The notes under the pieces are model-generated. The model worked only from the letters and a program-made list of their open reading frames with translations, searched no databases and was not told where the DNA came from. 53,284 bases of DNA, taken from positions 1 through 53,284 of the forward strand of contig JBQTJG010000551.1 of the NCBI GenBank assembly GCA_052387355.1. The letters run 5' to 3'. Below, piece by piece: positions 26,895 to 36,487 of this stretch; positions within the stretch are counted from its first letter, which is position 1; every line of letters begins with the position of its first letter. Both the position numbers and the translations under genes were made by a program. Origin of the DNA: Armatimonadota bacterium. Its GTDB lineage: Bacteria; Sysuimicrobiota; Sysuimicrobiia; Sysuimicrobiales; Humicultoraceae.

Positions 26895-27680
26895 GTGCTG
26901 ACCCTCAATAACGTCGAGGTCGTCTACTGGGGGACGATCCTTGTGCTCAAGGGGGTCTCCCTTTCTGTGCCCAAGGGGAGCATCACGGCGCTCATCGGCG
27001 GGAACGGCGCGGGCAAGACGACGACGCTCAAAGCGCTGTCCGGCCTGATCCGCCTGGAGCGCGGGGAGGTGACGCGTGGGACGGTCGAGTTCAATGGCCA
27101 ACGGATCGAGAATCGCCTGCCCGAGGACATCGCCCGGCAGGGCATCGTGATGGTCCGGGAGGGCCGTCGCCTGTTCGAGGAATTGAACGCGGAGGAGAAC
27201 CTGCTGGTCGGCGCGGCCCTCCACCCCAAAGACACACGCGACCACCTCGACCTGGTCTATTCATACTTCCCGCAACTCAGGGAGCGCCGCCGCGTGCGCG
27301 CCGGCTACCTGTCGGGGGGCGAGCAGCAGATGCTGGCCATCGGCTGTGCGATGATGGCCCGGCCGACGCTGCTGCTGCTCGACGAGCCGAGTCTCGGCCT
27401 GGCCCCGCTCATCGCACATGAGATCTTTGGGCTGGTGAACCGGCTGAACTCCGACGAGGGGATGACGATTCTGCTGGTGGAGCAGAACGCGAAGATGGCC
27501 CTGCAAGTGGCGTCGTACGGGTACATCATGGAAAACGGGAAGATCGTCCTCGACGGACCGGCGGAGCGGCTGAGGGACGACGCGGATGTGAAGGAATTCT
27601 ATCTGGGAATGAGCAAGACCGGCCGGCGGCGGTTTACGGAGGTCAAGAGCTACAAGCGACGGAAGCGATGGTTGGCATGA
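26895..27680 (+). CDS. LivF-like ABC ATPase of the acyl-CoA-ligase-associated subfamily
   Basis: GGNGAGKTT, AGYLSGGEQQML, DVKEFYLG, YKRRKRWL tail. Confidence 0.88.
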   Translation: MLTLNNVEVVYWGTILVLKGVSLSVPKGSITALIGGNGAGKTTTLKALSGLIRLERGEVTRGTVEFNGQRIENRLPEDIARQGIVMVREGRRLFEELNAEENLLVGAALHPKDTRDHLDLVYSYFPQLRERRRVRAGYLSGGEQQMLAIGCAMMARPTLLLLDEPSLGLAPLIAHEIFGLVNRLNSDEGMTILLVEQNAKMALQVASYGYIMENGKIVLDGPAERLRDDADVKEFYLGMSKTGRRRFTEVKSYKRRKRWLA

Positions 27681-28726
27681 CGTTTGGCCCTGTGGGAAGA
27701 CTCCTGGAGGACCCGGCGCTTGCCCCGATTTCTCGCGGTGAAGCCACCTTGCGCACTGGAAGCCGTGGAGAGGCTGTGAGAGCGATCCAAAACGCCCTCA
27801 CGCAACTGGGCTTCGACGTGGGCGATGCAGGTGCTGACGGAATTTTAGGTCGCGACACCGACGCGGCAATCAGGCGGTTTCAGGAAGCGCGCGGTCACCC
27901 GGCCTCGGGGGGCGTGGACCTCGAGACGCTACGACTTCTTGATGCGGCGCTCGCGTCCGAGATTGAACCGACGCCCGCTCTGGCGGCCCTGCCGGATCTA
28001 CCCGACGACTACCTCCTGAGGCCGGTCGCAGGTTTCCGGGTCCTCGACGCGCGGACTGAACCGAACGCTCGTGATCGAGACGTCCGAACAGTGCACCCGC
28101 ACGACGTCGACGCAGACATCGTGGTCAGCGGCACCTTCCACACGGGTCGCGACCCTGCAGGCCCACTCATTCGGGACGGACGGTGGGTCACCTCGGGAGG
28201 CTGGCCGCATGGCCGCGCCGGGATCGCGATGCTCGCCGACGGCACGGCCCGCATCCGCTTCTACCAGGACCCGAGCGAAGCCACGGTCAGGGCGACGTTT
28301 GAGGACGCGGGTACTCGGATTCATGAGTTCATGGGAGGGGGTGCGCTGATTGTTGAGGGCGCGGCCCCGGTGTCGTCCGACGATCTCGCCGGCCGCCAGC
28401 GCTTCCGCGGCGGCGCAGCGGCGCCGCAGTTCGAGGCGACCGCGAGACATACGATCTTCGGCGTGCACGCCGACGGCAAAGCGTACCTGATCATTGATGT
28501 GGGACGGAAGTCGCTCCCTGTGATGCAGCAGGATCTCGTGGCCGCCGGCTTCCGGGATGTCGTGATGTTCGACGGCGGAAACGGGTTTGGCTATGAGGAC
28601 GCCGAGGTCACGCTCTTCGGCCGCATCCCCGAAGCGCAGCTCCCGAGTCTCTCTGATCAAAGGGTTGCCGAGTTGCGCGGCAGGCGCGACGTGGCGCTCA
28701 CCGGGTTCGCGATCGAAACGTCCTGA
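27677..28726 (+). CDS. Peptidoglycan-binding domain plus phosphodiester-glycosidase (NAGPA)-like domain protein
   Basis: LRTGSRGEAVRAIQNAL, ADGILGRDTDAAIRRFQ; ARHTIFG and VMFDGG motifs; ATGA overlap with the preceding gene. Confidence 0.6.
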   Translation: MTFGPVGRLLEDPALAPISRGEATLRTGSRGEAVRAIQNALTQLGFDVGDAGADGILGRDTDAAIRRFQEARGHPASGGVDLETLRLLDAALASEIEPTPALAALPDLPDDYLLRPVAGFRVLDARTEPNARDRDVRTVHPHDVDADIVVSGTFHTGRDPAGPLIRDGRWVTSGGWPHGRAGIAMLADGTARIRFYQDPSEATVRATFEDAGTRIHEFMGGGALIVEGAAPVSSDDLAGRQRFRGGAAAPQFEATARHTIFGVHADGKAYLIIDVGRKSLPVMQQDLVAAGFRDVVMFDGGNGFGYEDAEVTLFGRIPEAQLPSLSDQRVAELRGRRDVALTGFAIETS

Positions 28727-28738
28727 CGCCGCCTAAGA

Positions 28739-29779
28739 TCAGTGGGGGAATGGCCAGAGGTCGAGATATCGCTTGAACTTCCGGAACAGCATCGCCAGGC
28801 CGCCGGGCTCCCAGATCAAGAGCCCGATGAGCAGCGCGCCGAACACGATCTCCCTGAGCGGTGTCGCCGCCTTGGCGAAGGCTGGGAACACCGCCACAAT
28901 CGCTGGGGCGACGAACCGCAGAACCTGGTTGAGCAAAAGCACAAACGCCGACCCCAGGTGCGGTCCCCAGATGCTCGTCAACCCGCCGATCACGATGATG
29001 GCGATGTAGTCGATTGACTGCACGATGCCGAAGTGCTCAGCCCCAATGACCCGGTTATAGTGCGCAAACAGGCTGCCGGCGATGCCTGCATAAAAGGCCG
29101 CCAGGGCGAAGGCTAGCGTCTTGTACCGGAGCAGGTTCACCCCCAGCACCTGCGCGGCGTAGTCCCGGTCGCGAACGGCCATCAGCGCCAGACCCAGCCG
29201 GCCCCGCACCAGGTTAGCCGCGAAGACCCCGCTGATGATCCAAATGGGCAGCAGCAGATAGTAGAACTGCGTCTCCGTGCGGACCCGATAGCTTCCAAAG
29301 CTCGGAGAAGGCACGACGTTGCCGGCCATGCCGCCCGCGGTGTGGATGATCACGTATTCCGTAATGAACTGAAACGCCATCGTGGCGATGGCCAGGTACA
29401 GACCCTTGATTCGCAGGGACGGCAGTCCCACGACGGCGCCGACGCCGAAAGCGACGATGCCTGCGAGCGGGAGCGCGATCACGAACGGCAGGGTCAGGCG
29501 TGTCGTGGCATACCATGAGGCGTAGGCGCCGATGGCCATGAAAGCCGCGTGACCGAGCGAGATCTGCCCGGCGAACCCAGTCAGCAAAGCGATCCCGACC
29601 GCGCCGATAGCGAAGATTCCAATAGTGTTAAGCAGGAACAGATACCGTCCCAACAAGAACGGCGCCGCGACCAGCGCCGCCACGAGCAGGAGGAACCCCA
29701 CCCGATGGAACCGGGTATCCAGGAGCGCCACGTCCTGGGCGTAGGTGGTCTTGAAGTCGCCGGCCGGTCGGACGCTCAC
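28739..29779 (-). CDS. LivM-like ABC permease
   Basis: GFAGQISLGHAAF, LRIKGLYLAIAT, AVRDRDYAA, EPGGL. Confidence 0.88.
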   Translation of the reverse strand: MSVRPAGDFKTTYAQDVALLDTRFHRVGFLLLVAALVAAPFLLGRYLFLLNTIGIFAIGAVGIALLTGFAGQISLGHAAFMAIGAYASWYATTRLTLPFVIALPLAGIVAFGVGAVVGLPSLRIKGLYLAIATMAFQFITEYVIIHTAGGMAGNVVPSPSFGSYRVRTETQFYYLLLPIWIISGVFAANLVRGRLGLALMAVRDRDYAAQVLGVNLLRYKTLAFALAAFYAGIAGSLFAHYNRVIGAEHFGIVQSIDYIAIIVIGGLTSIWGPHLGSAFVLLLNQVLRFVAPAIVAVFPAFAKAATPLREIVFGALLIGLLIWEPGGLAMLFRKFKRYLDLWPFPH

Positions 29780-29886
29780 GGACTATTCACTCATCACCGT
29801 GTTTTCGTACTGCCATGAAGTGCACCCCTAAAGGAGTAATCTTAGGGCACCCGACCAAGGTCGAGCCTTCTATGACCCGTTCCCGC

Positions 29887-30810
29887 CTAGAGCCGCTCAA
29901 TGTGCTCGGTGCCGAACAACCCATAGGGTTTGATCAGCAAGACCAGCAGAATAACCAGGAAGGGCGTGATTTCCTTGAAGCCGTACAACTGGATGCCGAA
30001 CAGCGCCACATTGGCGTCGATGTAGCCGCCCAGGATGTTCTCGACGATGCCGATGATGAAGCCACCCAGGATCGCGCCCGGGATGCTGTCCAACCCACCG
30101 AGGATCACCGCGGCCAGCGCCTTCAATCCCACGTATCCCAGCGCGAAATTCACGCCCAGCCACAGCCCCAACAGGATACCTCCGACCGAGGCCGCGATCG
30201 CCGCGAACGCCCAGGCGTAGGCGAAGACCCGCTTGAGGCTGACCCCCAACGTCGAGGCGGTCAACTGCTCGTTGGCGGCGGCGCGCATGGCGATGCCCCA
30301 CAGCGAGTACCGAAAGAACAACGAGAAGAGAGCCAGCAGGACCAGCGCCACCAGAGCGCTCCAGATGCCGACTTCAGGGATCACCAGTTCTCCCACACGA
30401 GCCACGCCCGCCGGCACCACCGGCGGAAACTGCCGCGTGTCCCCGCCCCACAGGCCGACCATGGCGCCCCGGATGATGTAGCCCAGCGCGAGGGTGACGA
30501 TGATCACCGACAGCACCGACTGTCCGTACAGCGGACGCATGATCCCACGCTCGATCACGAACCCGAGCGCGGCCGCGGCGGCAAGTGTTCCGATGATCGC
30601 CAGGATGAACGCCAGCCAGACCGGCAGGCTGCCCAGGCTGCGCGTCAGCGCAATCGCCAGGTAGCCGCCAAAGAGCACCAGTTCGCCGTGGGCCAGGTTG
30701 AGGATCTTCGTGGATTTGTAGAGCAGTGCAAAGCCGAGCGCAATCAGAGCGTAGATCGAGCCGACCGCCAGCCCGACCACGACACCCTCGAGAATGAAGC
30801 TCGGGGTCAT
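29887..30810 (-). CDS. LivH-like ABC permease
   Basis: GSIYALIALGF, NLAHGE, GIAMRAAA, ILGGLDSIPGA, KPYGLFG. Confidence 0.9.
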   Translation of the reverse strand: MTPSFILEGVVVGLAVGSIYALIALGFALLYKSTKILNLAHGELVLFGGYLAIALTRSLGSLPVWLAFILAIIGTLAAAAALGFVIERGIMRPLYGQSVLSVIIVTLALGYIIRGAMVGLWGGDTRQFPPVVPAGVARVGELVIPEVGIWSALVALVLLALFSLFFRYSLWGIAMRAAANEQLTASTLGVSLKRVFAYAWAFAAIAASVGGILLGLWLGVNFALGYVGLKALAAVILGGLDSIPGAILGGFIIGIVENILGGYIDANVALFGIQLYGFKEITPFLVILLVLLIKPYGLFGTEHIERL

Positions 30811-30814
30811 CGCG

Positions 30815-32767
30815 TTATCTTACAGAGACGATCTTCATCGTCGGCCTGATCTCCAAGGTGCGGCCATCCTCATACCGCACCGTGAACACCGCCTCGAACT
30901 CGTCCGCCCCGCCGTAGATCGCGGCGATGAGATCGCTGTACCGGTCGGTGATGTGGCCGCGGCGCAGCTTGCGCGTGCGCGTGAGCTCGTCGTCGTCAGG
31001 ATGGAACTCCTTGTACAGCGACACGAACCGGCTGATCCGCCACTCGGATTTCAGGCGTGTGTTGGTTTCGGTCACAAGCCCGCCGAGCAGTTCGAGCACT
31101 TCGGGCCGCTGTGAGAGATCGGTGTACGACGTATACGCGATGCCGCGGTCCTCGGCCCACTTTCCGACGTTGCGCATGTCGATGTTCAGGATGGCGGCCA
31201 AAAGCGGCCGGCCCTCACCGACGACCATCGCTTCCTGAATGTAGGGCGTGAACTTCATCATGTCCTCGATGACGCGCGGGGCGACTTTGGTCCCGTCGGC
31301 CTTCTGGATGACGTCACCCATACGGTCGAACATGATGATGTCGCCGCTGGGGTCGAGTTCCCCGGTGTCCCCGGAATAGAGCCAGCCGTCGCGCAGCGCT
31401 TTCGTCGTCGCCTCGGAGTTCTTGTAGTAGCCGAGGAAGACCGAAGGGCTCCGCTCCAGGATCTCCCCATCAGAGGAGAGCACAACCTCGGTGTTGGCGA
31501 TCGGCGCGCCCATCGTCCAGAAGCGCACCTGGCCGTCCCGGTGGACACACGAGATCCCGGCGATCTCCGTCTGGCCGTAGATCTGCTTGAGGTTCAAGCC
31601 CATGGCGCGGAAGAACTTGTGGTAGTCGGGCCCAAGCGACGAGCCGCCGTTCCAGGCCATGCGCATGCGCGTCATCCCTATCTTGTCCAGGATGGGCCGG
31701 TAGACCGTCCAGTACCAGAACGCACGCATCGTCTGCAGCCACCACGGCACGGGCCGATTCTCGGCCTCGAGCTCGACGGTACGCATGCCCGCCCGCATCG
31801 CCGCGTTATAGATGGCCTGGCGGATGGGTCCGGAGTCGAGGATGCGCACGGTCACCGCGGAGTGCAGCCCTTCGTAGATCCGCGCCGGCGCGAAGGTGAA
31901 GCTCGGGCCGATCTCGCGGAAGTCACGCTGCGCGGTTTCTGGCTCTTCGGGGAAGTTGACGGTGAAGCCGACCTGCTGATGCAGCGTGAACGAGAACGTC
32001 TGCTCGCCGATCCAGGCGAAGGGGAGATACGAGACAAACTCGTCCCCGGGGCCAAGGCTCGGCTCGACGGCTCGAAAGTTCTCGCCCTGGCTGAGCAGGT
32101 TGTCGTGGGAGAGCATGGCGAGTTTGGGCAGCGCGGTCGTGCCCGACGTCTGGCAAAGGATCGCCACGTCATCGCGGCGACCAGTGGCGACCAGGGCGGC
32201 GAAGCGATCCGGCTCCAGGGCGTGCGCCTGCCGTCCCAGCGTTTCCAACTCGGTGAACGGGACCAGCTTCGGGTGACGGTAGCGCCACATGCCGCGCCAG
32301 TCTTCCACGATGATCCGCTCGACGTGCGGCAGGCGATCTTCCATCTCGAGGATCTTGTCCGTTTGCTCCTGATCCTCGCAGAAGACGAATCGGGCGCCCG
32401 CGAAGTCGATCAACTGCGCGAGCTGCTCAGCCAGACTGTCCTGGTACATGCCGCATGAGATGGCGCCGATCGCCTGCGCGCCCATGGCGATGTAGTATAG
32501 TTCGGGCCGGTTGTCGGCGATGAGCGTGATGACATCGTGCCGGCGCAGCCCGAGCGCGAGCAGGCCAAGCGCGCACGCGCGCGCGTGGTCGAGGTACTGC
32601 CGCCACGAGATCTCTCGCCAGATGCCGAACTCTTTCTCGCGGAAGGCGACGCGATCACCGAACCGCCCGGCATTGTGCGCCAGGCATTTCGGGAACGTGT
32701 CGGGAGCGTCAACGGCCGCAGCCGGGGCCACGACGTGAACCCGCTCCAGGACGGCCTGCGCGGTCAT
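30815..32767 (-). CDS. Long-chain fatty acyl-CoA synthetase (AMP-binding enzyme)
   Basis: TSGTTALPK, YGQTE, GWLYSGD, ELTRTRKLRR. Confidence 0.88.
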   Translation of the reverse strand: MTAQAVLERVHVVAPAAAVDAPDTFPKCLAHNAGRFGDRVAFREKEFGIWREISWRQYLDHARACALGLLALGLRRHDVITLIADNRPELYYIAMGAQAIGAISCGMYQDSLAEQLAQLIDFAGARFVFCEDQEQTDKILEMEDRLPHVERIIVEDWRGMWRYRHPKLVPFTELETLGRQAHALEPDRFAALVATGRRDDVAILCQTSGTTALPKLAMLSHDNLLSQGENFRAVEPSLGPGDEFVSYLPFAWIGEQTFSFTLHQQVGFTVNFPEEPETAQRDFREIGPSFTFAPARIYEGLHSAVTVRILDSGPIRQAIYNAAMRAGMRTVELEAENRPVPWWLQTMRAFWYWTVYRPILDKIGMTRMRMAWNGGSSLGPDYHKFFRAMGLNLKQIYGQTEIAGISCVHRDGQVRFWTMGAPIANTEVVLSSDGEILERSPSVFLGYYKNSEATTKALRDGWLYSGDTGELDPSGDIIMFDRMGDVIQKADGTKVAPRVIEDMMKFTPYIQEAMVVGEGRPLLAAILNIDMRNVGKWAEDRGIAYTSYTDLSQRPEVLELLGGLVTETNTRLKSEWRISRFVSLYKEFHPDDDELTRTRKLRRGHITDRYSDLIAAIYGGADEFEAVFTVRYEDGRTLEIRPTMKIVSVR

Positions 32768-32801
32768 GTCGCAGGCCTCAGGCCAGCGGACGCCACAGCG
32801 A

Positions 32802-33566
32802 TCACGCCACCGTCTCCTCGCCCAGGTAGGCCTGGATCACCGTGGGATCGTGCTGGATCTCACCGGGCAGCCCATCGGCGATCTTGCGGCCGTAGTCCAT
32901 GGCGATCAGGCGATCGCAAAGGTCCATGACCACGCCCATGTCGTGCTCGATCAGGATCATCGGCAGGTGCCGGACCTCGCGCAGCTCCAGGATGAAGCGC
33001 GCGACGTCGGCTTTCTCGTCCGCGCTCATGCCGGCCATGGGCTCGTCGAGCAGCAGCAGCTTGGGCTCCATCGCCAGCGCGCGCCCCAGCTCGACCTTCT
33101 TCTGGATGCCGTAGGGCAGTTCGGCGACGTGGTGACTGCGGTATTCCTCCATCTCGAGGAAATCGATGATCTCCTCGACCCTCGCTCGGTGATTCAGCAA
33201 CTCGCGCTCGGCAGCGCCCCAATAGATGCCGCTGGCCGCGACCCCGGCGTGCATGTGGAGCAGCCGGCCGGACATGATATTGGCCAGCACCGTCATCCCG
33301 GGGTAGAGGGCCAGGTTCTGGAAGGCGCGGGCGATGCCCATGTGGGCGCGTACGTCAGGCGACTGGCGTGTGATGTCACGCCCCGCGAACGCAATGCGCC
33401 CGTCCTGAGGATGGTAGAAACCGTTGATGCAGTTCAGGACGCTGGTTTTGCCCGCGCCGTTGGGACCGATGATCCCGAGTAACTCCCCGGCGCGCATCGA
33501 GAAGGAGAGGTCGTCGATCGCCGTCACACCGCTGAACCGGAGCGTAAGCCGGTCGACGGTCAGCAC
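32802..33566 (-). CDS. LivG-like ABC ATPase
   Basis: [36 protein letters not shown]; start GTG 33566 or 33596 (ORF-track extension to 33851 unlikely). Confidence 0.88.
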   Translation of the reverse strand: MLTVDRLTLRFSGVTAIDDLSFSMRAGELLGIIGPNGAGKTSVLNCINGFYHPQDGRIAFAGRDITRQSPDVRAHMGIARAFQNLALYPGMTVLANIMSGRLLHMHAGVAASGIYWGAAERELLNHRARVEEIIDFLEMEEYRSHHVAELPYGIQKKVELGRALAMEPKLLLLDEPMAGMSADEKADVARFILELREVRHLPMILIEHDMGVVMDLCDRLIAMDYGRKIADGLPGEIQHDPTVIQAYLGEETVA

Positions 33567-33652
33567 GGTGTCGACAGAGGAAAGATCGCGCCCCACGCGG
33601 GAGTAGATACGTCCCTGGGCGACGGCCTTCCTGCCTTTCTGGAGACCCGCGA

Positions 33653-33692
33653 TCACCCCGGCGGCAGTAGGGACGCGCTGCCGCCGGGGTGA
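33653..33692. repeat. Perfect 15-bp inverted repeat with 10-nt spacer
   Basis: TCACCCCGGCGGCAG / CTGCCGCCGGGGTGA between divergent genes. Confidence 0.8.
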
Positions 33693-33749
33693 AATGAACC
33701 TTACTATCTGGAACAGCGAGACGCCGACGAAGCCCGCGGGGGAAGCAGG

Positions 33750-34997
33750 GTGGACGAGGTCTGGGATTCGGCCGAGCAGTGGAGCGAGCCCGAACGGCTG
33801 GCCTGGCAGGAGCGGCGTCTGCGTGAGGTCATGGCCGCGGCGGCCCCACACGCCCCAGCGGCGCGTCAGCGTCTGGCGGCGGCCGGGCTGACGCTACAAG
33901 ACCTCACCCTCTCCGCCCTGAGTCGCCTGCCGGTGCTCTCGAAGGACGCGCTGCCCGATGCACAGCGTCAGACACCGCCGTTCGCGGGATGGCTGGGCGT
34001 TCCCCTTCATGAGGCCGCGCGGCTGTTCAGGTCACCGGGACCAATTCTTGATCCCGAAGGCCGCGACGACGACTACTGGCGCTTCGCTCCGGCCCTGTTC
34101 GCCGCCGGCATCCGCCCCGGCGACGTCGTCCTCAACACCCTGTCCTACCATTTGACGCCAGCCGGCCACATGCTCGACAGCGCGCTGCGGGCGCTGCGGT
34201 GTCCCGTGATCCCGGCGGGTCCGGGCAACACCGAGGTCCAGGCGCGCCTGTTGGGCGAACTACCGGTCACCGGCTTCATCGGAACGCCGAGCTTCCTCGC
34301 GACGGTGCTGGAGACGGCGCTGGCTCTGGGAATCACGGTCCGGCTGCGCGCGGCGTTCGTCATCGCCGAAATGCTGGCCGAGTCGCTGCGGACGCGTCTA
34401 CAGACTCAATACGGTGTACGCGTGAGCCAGGGGTACGGGACGGCCGACCTGGGCTCGATCTCGTATGAATGCTCCGCGCGCAGCGGCATGCACGTCGCAC
34501 GTGAGATGATCGTGGAGTTGATCGATCCGCACACCGGGAGACCTGCAGAGACCGGCGCGCCCGGTGAGGTGGTCGTGACCGCGCTCAATCCCGCCTACCC
34601 GCTGCTGAGATTTGGCACAGGGGATCTTGCGGTGATGGCTGAAGGCGGGTGTCCATGCGGCCGCACAGGACCACGCCTGGCGCGCATCGTAGGACGGGTG
34701 GGGGACGCCGTGAAGGTGCGGGGCATGTTCGTGCATCCCGCCGAGGTGGACCGTGTCATGGCGCACCACCCCGAGGTCGCACGGTATCAGGTGGTGGTCA
34801 CCCGCGCCGGAAATCTCGACGAGATGCTGGTTCGCATCGAGCCTCGGTCGCACATGGTTGCTGCGGCAGATTTGCGGGAGCGGGTCCGGCAGAGTCTCAT
34901 GGAGGGCTTGCGGCTGCGCGGCGAGATCGAGATTATTGGACCCGGCACCCTGGCGGCAGACGCCCGGAAGGTTATCGATCGGCGCACCTGGGACTGA
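33750..34997 (+). CDS. Phenylacetate-CoA ligase family protein
   Basis: FRSPGPI, SYHLTPAG, YGTADLG, YPLLRFGTGD, KVRGMFVHP. Confidence 0.82.
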   Translation: MDEVWDSAEQWSEPERLAWQERRLREVMAAAAPHAPAARQRLAAAGLTLQDLTLSALSRLPVLSKDALPDAQRQTPPFAGWLGVPLHEAARLFRSPGPILDPEGRDDDYWRFAPALFAAGIRPGDVVLNTLSYHLTPAGHMLDSALRALRCPVIPAGPGNTEVQARLLGELPVTGFIGTPSFLATVLETALALGITVRLRAAFVIAEMLAESLRTRLQTQYGVRVSQGYGTADLGSISYECSARSGMHVAREMIVELIDPHTGRPAETGAPGEVVVTALNPAYPLLRFGTGDLAVMAEGGCPCGRTGPRLARIVGRVGDAVKVRGMFVHPAEVDRVMAHHPEVARYQVVVTRAGNLDEMLVRIEPRSHMVAAADLRERVRQSLMEGLRLRGEIEIIGPGTLAADARKVIDRRTWD

Positions 34998-35082
34998 AAC
35001 ACCTGTTAGTCGGGGGATTATCGTGTTGTCTAGAGGGTGGAAGGGAAGGAAGTTCGTATCTTGGCGGGCTTTGGCGGGCGCG

Positions 35083-35112
35083 TTGACACCTCTCGCGGGG
35101 CCATGCTAGATT
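35083..35112 (+). promoter_or_regulatory. Sigma-A promoter with extended -10 for the lysA operon
   Basis: TTGACA (35083-35088), 18-nt spacer, TGcTAGATT (-10 at 35107-35112). Confidence 0.7.
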
Positions 35113-35116
35113 GGCG

Positions 35117-36487
35117 ATGATTTTGAACACGAGCCCACTGACATCCATGGATCTTCCTCAGCGTCACGGCTTCACGGTCGACAGCAGCGGCCACCTCATC
35201 ATCGGAGGAGTGCCCGCAGCCGATCTTGCCGCCCGGTTCGGAACGCCGCTGCACGTCATCGATGAGACGCGGATGCGGGCGAACTGTCGCGCGTACGTTG
35301 AGGCGATGCGGACGCACGCACCCGGGCCGAGCAAGGTGATCTTCGGGTCCAAGGCGCTGTGTACCATTGCGACGTGCCAGGTGGCCCATGAAGAAGGCCT
35401 GGGCATCGACGTCGTCAGCCCAGGGGAGATCTATACTGCGCTGCAGGCCCGCGTCCCGGCCGAGGCGCTGTTCTTCCACGGCAACAACAAGACGCCCGAC
35501 GAGATGGCGTACGGGCTTGAAGCGGGCGTCGGGCGCTTTGTGGTCGACAACGAGTACGAGATGAAGACACTCGACCGGCTGGCGCGCGAGCGGGGCCGTC
35601 GTGTCGATATCCTGCTGCGTGTGACACCCGGCGTCGAACCGCACACGCACAAGGCCATTCAGACTGGGGGCGTGGATTCGAAGTTTGGGTTCGGCATGCT
35701 CGGCCCGTCTGCGGAAGAGGCGGTCCGTCTGGCCCTGGAGGCTCCCGGAGTCCGCCTGCGCGGTCTGCACAGCCACATTGGCTCCCAGATCCTGGAACTC
35801 GAACCCTTCCTGCTGGCGGCCCGCGCAGTGATCGCCTTCGCCGCGGAGATGCGGTCCGGCGGGCTCGCGCTCGAAGAACTCAACCTGGGCGGCGGGTTGG
35901 GAATTCGCTACCTTCCGGAGCACGAGCCGCCGGCGCGCGACGCGTACGTGCAGGCCATGATGGACACCGCGCGGGATCTGTTGTCGCAGTATCGCATGCC
36001 CACCCCTACGCTGATCATCGAGCCGGGGCGATCGATCGTCGGCGACGCCGGTGTGACGCTCTACACCGCCGGCGCCGTCAAGCCGATTCCGGGTGTGCGG
36101 ACATACGTCTCGGTCGATGGGGGCATGTACGAGAATCCGCGGCCGGCGCTCTACGGCGCCCGCTATGGCGCCGTCGTCGCCACCCGAGCCGCCGAGTCAC
36201 CGACGCAGCGCGTCGCTGTAGCCGGGCGCTGCTGCGAATCCGGCGACGTCCTCATCTGGGACGCCGACCTGCCCGACGTATGCGAAGGCGACCTCCTTGC
36301 GGTCTTTGCGACGGGGGCGTACACCTATTCCATGGCCAGCAACTATAATCGCTATCCTCGGCCGGCGCTGGTGTTCGCGCGCGACGGGACGGCCCAGATC
36401 GCCGTCGAGCGCGAGACCTCGGCCGACCTGGTCCGCCACGATCGCGCGCTGACACGCGCGGTGCCGGGTCCGGCGAGGGCGCGATGA
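35117..36487 (+). CDS. lysA: Diaminopimelate decarboxylase
   Basis: FGTPL, SKAL (PLP Lys), FHGNNK, SKFG, HSHIGSQ, EPGR, CESGD, GAY...MASNYN; start ATG 35117 or 35147. Confidence 0.93.
   Translation: MILNTSPLTSMDLPQRHGFTVDSSGHLIIGGVPAADLAARFGTPLHVIDETRMRANCRAYVEAMRTHAPGPSKVIFGSKALCTIATCQVAHEEGLGIDVVSPGEIYTALQARVPAEALFFHGNNKTPDEMAYGLEAGVGRFVVDNEYEMKTLDRLARERGRRVDILLRVTPGVEPHTHKAIQTGGVDSKFGFGMLGPSAEEAVRLALEAPGVRLRGLHSHIGSQILELEPFLLAARAVIAFAAEMRSGGLALEELNLGGGLGIRYLPEHEPPARDAYVQAMMDTARDLLSQYRMPTPTLIIEPGRSIVGDAGVTLYTAGAVKPIPGVRTYVSVDGGMYENPRPALYGARYGAVVATRAAESPTQRVAVAGRCCESGDVLIWDADLPDVCEGDLLAVFATGAYTYSMASNYNRYPRPALVFARDGTAQIAVERETSADLVRHDRALTRAVPGPARAR

Noticed and set aside
33610-33677. Pseudoknot between the inverted-repeat loop (AGGGACG) and CGTCCCT at 33610-33616
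   Set aside because: Only 7-8 bp in GC-rich DNA, and the segments fall in or upstream of the predicted livG promoter, so they are probably not co-transcribed.
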